IMG/VR virus record: IMGVR_UViG_3300035670_000125
Direction: 5' to 3' (one strand)
From: a virus
DNA length: 64,000 bases
Below are positions 59,652-64,000 of this stretch, one piece after another (the stretch's first letter is position 1; every line of letters starts with the position of its first letter). Both the position numbers and the translations under genes were made by a program. The notes under the pieces were generated by a model. It did not search any database, was not told the origin of the DNA, and saw nothing but the letters and a program-made list of their open reading frames with translations.

Positions 59652-59667
59652 TTAACAACTATAAAAG
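59652..59667 (+). promoter_or_regulatory. late-gene motif copy TTAACAACTATAAAAG
   Basis: Ends 1 nt before ATG 59669. Confidence 0.5.
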
Positions 59668-59668
59668 T

Positions 59669-60154
59669 ATGAGTGTTGTCATAGAGATAAAAGGAACGCC
59701 AATAGAATTTCCATCCACAGGAGAATCTCCTAATTGGGCTCCAGCTGTCATACAATTCGCACAGTCCGTTGAAGAAGCACTACTAGCTTCAAGTATCTCG
59801 ACTGATATTGCACCACAAGTTTATGATATACCCGCAGATGCACTTACTGAACCTAGGGTAATTATTAATCTAAAGTTTGATTCGTCTTTGGTTAGAGCAG
59901 CATTTATTAATTATTCTTTATATTTTGATGACAGTGGTGAGGAAGGGAAAACTTCCGAAAGCGGAACAATTACAGTTACATACGACGGCTCAATTTGGCA
60001 TTTGTCGAGAGAATATGTCCGCCAAGCTTTAGATGGTTCGATTATTTTTGATATTGACAGTAGTGGGCAGGTCACGTTACAGACGCCTCCATTAGTAGGA
60101 TACACTACATCAAGAATTAGTTTTTCAGCTAAAACATTATCTCAAAGTTCATAG
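59669..60154 (+). CDS. hypothetical virion protein
   Basis: 161-aa ORF after the capsid gene. Confidence 0.55.
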   Translation: MSVVIEIKGTPIEFPSTGESPNWAPAVIQFAQSVEEALLASSISTDIAPQVYDIPADALTEPRVIINLKFDSSLVRAAFINYSLYFDDSGEEGKTSESGTITVTYDGSIWHLSREYVRQALDGSIIFDIDSSGQVTLQTPPLVGYTTSRISFSAKTLSQSS

Positions 60155-60162
60155 AGGATTTA

Positions 60163-61800
60163 ATGGCTATTCAATTTAGAAAATTTATAGACGGAATCCG
60201 GGTTGTTCCAAAAGACACATTAACCGAGGATTTACAAAAGGGCGACCTACAAGTCAAGGACGACGCCGCTGGAAAGCTTCGCTATTACGATGGAACCACT
60301 GAATCTGCAATTGTCACTGAGACACATACTGCCACTCTTGAAAATAAAACAATAGACAGTGAAGATAATAACACTATTTCAGTTGGATTATCTTCGTTAA
60401 AAACAGCATTGGATGACGCGAATAAGGTTATACGGAGGGATGCTGCAGGTGCGGTTGTTTCGGGGAACTTGGTTCCAAACACTAGTGAAATTGTCACATT
60501 GGATGCAACTCAGAGTTTTACCAACAAAACATTTGACGCGGAAGGCACTGGTAATTCCCTCACCAATATAAAAGATTCTAATATTAAGGTCGGTGCTAAC
60601 ATTTCACGTGCTAAACTAGCAACTGGAACAGTTAATACTGTTGTTGTGAATGACGGTACAGGGGTAATGTCCACCTTAGGGTTAGCACCAGCACAAATTA
60701 TTTTAGGTAGTATTTCTAATGTTCCAACTGCAAGAACAATAACAGGTGAAGTGACAATCGATGATTTGGGTGTTACCACCGTTGGTACAATGGCGAATGT
60801 TGCTACTTCTGGTAAATTGAGTACACAAGTTCAGGAAGTTTCTGTTGAGTCAACAATTATCGTATCTAAGTCTTTCGTTAGACTAACTTCGGGCACCGGC
60901 ACCACAATCAATGGTATCACAGCTGGGTTATATGGGCAACATCTTGTTATCTCTAATCTAACTGGTACGAATATAACAATTGCCAATCAATCTTTAGCGG
61001 AATCGACCCCAGAAAATAGAGTCGTTACTGGAACGGGCGAAGATATTCTGCTTGAACCAAATGCTTCGTTGTTTCTCATCTATGATGCAACGTTACCTAA
61101 TCCAAAGTGGATGGTCGTTGGTGGATCTGGTGGTGGAGCTTCATCCACAATCTCGGTAGTTGCTGGTGAGTCACTTAGTCCAGGCGATGCCGTTTATTTA
61201 AACTCTGACGGTAAGGCATTTAAAATAAACCCTAGCTCAGATGCTTCTATTGAATATATTGGTGTTGTTATTGATTCTGCACTTACTAATGTACCAACTC
61301 GAGTGCAAACATCGGGTGAAGTAACCATCACTGGCGCGTCTTTTACAAAGGGTGAACCTGTTTTCATCAATACAGCCCCATCAGGCGCGTACACGCAAAC
61401 TGCACCGTCAGGAGCTGAACAGTGGATTATCCAAGCAGGTATAGCTACTGCTGCTGATAAGATGTTGATTAACGCTGCTGGATCTGCCACAGCCGTTAAA
61501 ATTACATCTGAAGTTACCCAAATGGTTTATGCTGATGTTGCTTCTGTTAACACAACACAGGTATTAACAAATAATAATAACATTGTTTTAGCAACAGGTG
61601 GTACAAGTGGTATCACGCTAACGTTACCCTCACCAACTAATGGTAAGATTTTTAACATTAAAAAGGTTGATACTGGAGCTGGGGCAATTACAATCAATAC
61701 TTCTAGTGGAACTATCGATGGTTCTGCTTCAAAGATTATCACAGCACAGTACGATTCATTGACAATTGCTAGTAGCGAAACCGATTTCTTTATTATTTAA
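60163..61800 (+). CDS. tail fibre/tailspike-like protein
   Basis: 545 aa, Thr/Ser/Gly/Asn-rich beta sequence with repeated xTNKTxD motifs (LENKTIDSE, FTNKTFDAE) as seen in phage fibre proteins. Confidence 0.6.
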   Translation: MAIQFRKFIDGIRVVPKDTLTEDLQKGDLQVKDDAAGKLRYYDGTTESAIVTETHTATLENKTIDSEDNNTISVGLSSLKTALDDANKVIRRDAAGAVVSGNLVPNTSEIVTLDATQSFTNKTFDAEGTGNSLTNIKDSNIKVGANISRAKLATGTVNTVVVNDGTGVMSTLGLAPAQIILGSISNVPTARTITGEVTIDDLGVTTVGTMANVATSGKLSTQVQEVSVESTIIVSKSFVRLTSGTGTTINGITAGLYGQHLVISNLTGTNITIANQSLAESTPENRVVTGTGEDILLEPNASLFLIYDATLPNPKWMVVGGSGGGASSTISVVAGESLSPGDAVYLNSDGKAFKINPSSDASIEYIGVVIDSALTNVPTRVQTSGEVTITGASFTKGEPVFINTAPSGAYTQTAPSGAEQWIIQAGIATAADKMLINAAGSATAVKITSEVTQMVYADVASVNTTQVLTNNNNIVLATGGTSGITLTLPSPTNGKIFNIKKVDTGAGAITINTSSGTIDGSASKIITAQYDSLTIASSETDFFII

Positions 61801-61808
61801 GGTGAAAT

Positions 61809-62183
61809 ATGAGTTATAAGTCAAATCAAGAAAAATTAGTAATTAACGCAACAGGCGATTTAACTGCAAATTCACTGACAGTTACTACAACAATCTATGC
61901 GGGGGGTGACATCACTGCCTTTTCCGATGAGGCGTTAAAGGACGACGTGCAACCCATTGAAAACGCTTTAGACAAAGTCAATTCACTAGTTGGTGTTACA
62001 TATATAAAAGATGGAAAACAAAGCATTGGTCTAATTGCACAAAACGTAGAGGCTGTTATACCACAGGCTGTTCAAAAAAATAGTGAGTATATGTCTGTTG
62101 CATACGGAAACTTGGTGGGAGTTTTGGTGCAAGCCGTTAAAGAATTAAATGAAGAAGTTAAAAGATTAAAGGAGAACAGATAA
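61809..62183 (+). CDS. stand-alone peptidase-S74-type intramolecular-chaperone domain protein
   Basis: FSDEALKDDVQPIENALDKVNSLVGVTYIKDG...IGLIAQNVEAVIPQAV...VAYGNLVGVLVQAVKELNEEVKRL matches the tail-fibre C-terminal chaperone (endosialidase CIMCD) pattern. It is preceded by only about 38 aa. Confidence 0.75.
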   Translation: MSYKSNQEKLVINATGDLTANSLTVTTTIYAGGDITAFSDEALKDDVQPIENALDKVNSLVGVTYIKDGKQSIGLIAQNVEAVIPQAVQKNSEYMSVAYGNLVGVLVQAVKELNEEVKRLKENR

Positions 62184-63139
62184 TGGCTCTCCCTGCTTCT
62201 GGACCTATTTCTTTTAGTCAATTAAATAACGAACTGTCTAAAATTGAATCCAGATCGACTACTTCACCTATCTCTTTAAATACATTAAATGTTAGAAGAC
62301 TATTAAAAACACAAACAAATCCATCTAGTAATACTGAGATAAAAATATCTGAAGCCCGATCCAAATCATCGACATTTGATGTTTCTTTTTCTAATGTAGT
62401 AAATGCTGTTACTGGTACTGGCAGCGGTCAATTGCTTTTTGGATGGAATGGGGTAGCGAGACCAATAATAACTGTTATAAATGCTAGTGCAAGTTCAACT
62501 AGTAACGCGGCTATTACAGTAAGCGGTTCTTATATTTGGGGAATAACGCTAAGAACTTATGGGGCGATCTATGGTAGAGGTGCTCCTTCTAGGTATAATA
62601 GGTTTACTTCACCCGCAACGTATGACGCTGCTACATTTTCCCAAACCAATATAAATGGTTTACCCGGAGGCGCGGCTTTGCTGATTCAAACCCCTTGTAG
62701 GCTTGAAAATTTTGGGACAATTGCAGGTGGTGGCGGTAGTGGTGGAAATGATAGATGTGAAATAAAACAAATCTCTGGAGCATACTTCCCCAATATTGAC
62801 GTTTTAGTTGCGGGTGGGGCTGGGCAAGGAGGGGGGCCGGAGTATCTCCCCCCCATAAACCAGGAAGTAGAGTGGGGGCTTACCGGTGCCTTGTTCTTCA
62901 GTAATGGTAGATTCACTGTGTTAAAAACGAATTTTACCGCTGAAGGTGAAACCACTATTAGCTCTGGGGTGGGGAACGGTGGACTTGGTGGATCCCCAGG
63001 CTCCGCTGGTGGCGCTGCAGCCTCAACAGTAGCTGGTGCAGGTGGCGCTGGCGGCGCTGCTGGTAATTCAGTAAAAGGTACAAATTTTATTACCTTTTCC
63101 CCACAAGGAACCCTATTGGGTCCAACTTCACCAACATAA
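62183..63139 (+). CDS. glycine-rich fibre-like protein
   Basis: N-terminal ALPASGPISFSQLNNEL. Gly-rich tracts GGGGSGGN, GGAGQGGG and GNGGLGGSPGSAGGAAASTVAGAGGAGGAAGN. Confidence 0.55.
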   Translation: MALPASGPISFSQLNNELSKIESRSTTSPISLNTLNVRRLLKTQTNPSSNTEIKISEARSKSSTFDVSFSNVVNAVTGTGSGQLLFGWNGVARPIITVINASASSTSNAAITVSGSYIWGITLRTYGAIYGRGAPSRYNRFTSPATYDAATFSQTNINGLPGGAALLIQTPCRLENFGTIAGGGGSGGNDRCEIKQISGAYFPNIDVLVAGGAGQGGGPEYLPPINQEVEWGLTGALFFSNGRFTVLKTNFTAEGETTISSGVGNGGLGGSPGSAGGAAASTVAGAGGAGGAAGNSVKGTNFITFSPQGTLLGPTSPT

Positions 63140-63153
63140 TGAGGAATTTATAA

Positions 63154-63399
63154 ATGGATAAAGTTTATATTGTTTATAACCCCTTGAATGGAATGAATGT
63201 TGAATTTGACGACATTGAATCGGCTAAAAATTATCTAGTTTCAACGTGTTTGGAATTATACTTAACCACTACACAAGGTCACACCATATCAGAAAAAATC
63301 ATAGAAAATGATACAGTTAAAATAACAGCTCCATCTAGAGAAGAACTTTCTAAATTACATGATGAATATTTAGAAGAATTAATGAAAAAATTAGAATAA
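63154..63399 (+). CDS. hypothetical protein
   Basis: 81-aa ORF. Confidence 0.5.
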   Translation: MDKVYIVYNPLNGMNVEFDDIESAKNYLVSTCLELYLTTTQGHTISEKIIENDTVKITAPSREELSKLHDEYLEELMKKLE

Positions 63400-63410
63400 A
63401 TTTTATAATT

Positions 63411-63965
63411 ATGCTAACCCTACCAAAAAGAAAAACAGTAGAATTAAATGCTCTTATCATCCCAGAAAATTGGGAGAGCATTGAGTCTTTTGCTGATTGG
63501 TATGTGGCCAATGGATTACCAATTCGATTACCTATTGATCATGAAGTTTTTCTATCAGACGATGCAACGGCTGTTTGTATTTTTAGACATAAACAATTTC
63601 AAGTTGAAACATATTTAATTCACCCGAGTCCTTTAGTTCCATTGCACGAACATCCAGGTGTAGAAGTGATTAAGGCTAGGGTTGTTGATGATAAAATTCT
63701 ATTGTCAGAAGTACTAAGAAAAAACGAATCACACGGCGCGGGATTTAGGGTGGAGTTTGAAAAAAATGGGTTTTTTCTATTAGCAATACAGAAGTGGGAT
63801 GAAGATTTAACACCGAGTACCGTAGCTGCGAGATGGAGAGGTCGGACCGTCGGGCCTAAGCATCGTGAGATTATAAAAAGATTCAGTCCAAACGCATTAA
63901 TACTAGAAGACTACGCTGATGTAACTAAAACAATGGATTATATTAAGGATTATAAAAATGAGTAG
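63411..63965 (+). CDS. hypothetical protein (possible cupin-like His motif)
   Basis: 184-aa ORF. LHEHPGVEV is reminiscent of a cupin metal motif, but this is weak. Confidence 0.5.
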   Translation: MLTLPKRKTVELNALIIPENWESIESFADWYVANGLPIRLPIDHEVFLSDDATAVCIFRHKQFQVETYLIHPSPLVPLHEHPGVEVIKARVVDDKILLSEVLRKNESHGAGFRVEFEKNGFFLLAIQKWDEDLTPSTVAARWRGRTVGPKHREIIKRFSPNALILEDYADVTKTMDYIKDYKNE

Positions 63966-64000
63966 GCTTATAGAAAAAGAAATTATGGATGATCCAGAAC
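63958..64000 (+). CDS. hypothetical protein, 3' end outside window
   Basis: ATG at 63958 overlaps the previous stop. The frame is open to the window end (MSRLIEKEIMDDPE). Confidence 0.4.
   Translation, partial: MSRLIEKEIMDDPE

Overview
This window is most of an AT-rich tailed dsDNA phage genome. I saw no rRNA, CRISPR array, integrase, reverse transcriptase or phage RNA polymerase.

**Layout**
- Leftward (minus-strand) early/middle block, about 3.1-37.6 kb. It carries family-B DNA polymerase, an AEP-primase/DnaB-like helicase fusion, an AAA+ ATPase, a Cas4/RecB-like exonuclease and a putative annealing protein. It also carries dUTPase, dCMP deaminase, a GMP-reductase-like enzyme, class II ribonucleotide reductase, an alliinase-like PLP enzyme and several small HExxH and zinc-ribbon proteins. 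One tRNA-Asn, one atypical tRNA-like gene and many small ORFs lie here too.
- Divergent control region of about 0.7 kb (37.65-38.36 kb) with spaced short repeats.
- Rightward late block, 38.4-64 kb, which appears to continue at 1-3.2 kb. It encodes terminase, portal, a long coiled-coil fibre, three fibre paralogues, ejection/lytic-transglycosylase proteins, scaffold, major capsid protein, further fibre-like proteins, and an M15 endolysin on the opposite strand.

**Most notable observations**
1. A roughly 320-nt (AGACNN)n hexanucleotide array, open in almost all frames. Its start-coupled frame encodes an X-Ser dipeptide-repeat basic protein.
2. The major capsid gene is split by a roughly 1.15-kb group-I-like intron carrying an HNH/NUMOD homing endonuclease.
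3. A conserved TTAACAACTAT(A/T)A motif precedes late genes in both orientations.
4. Several GC-richer, hairpin-dense non-coding islands in the leftward block are candidate structured RNAs.
5. A tRNA-like gene has canonical acceptor and T arms but no foldable D arm.

All family assignments come from motif reading by eye and need HMM or structure searches.
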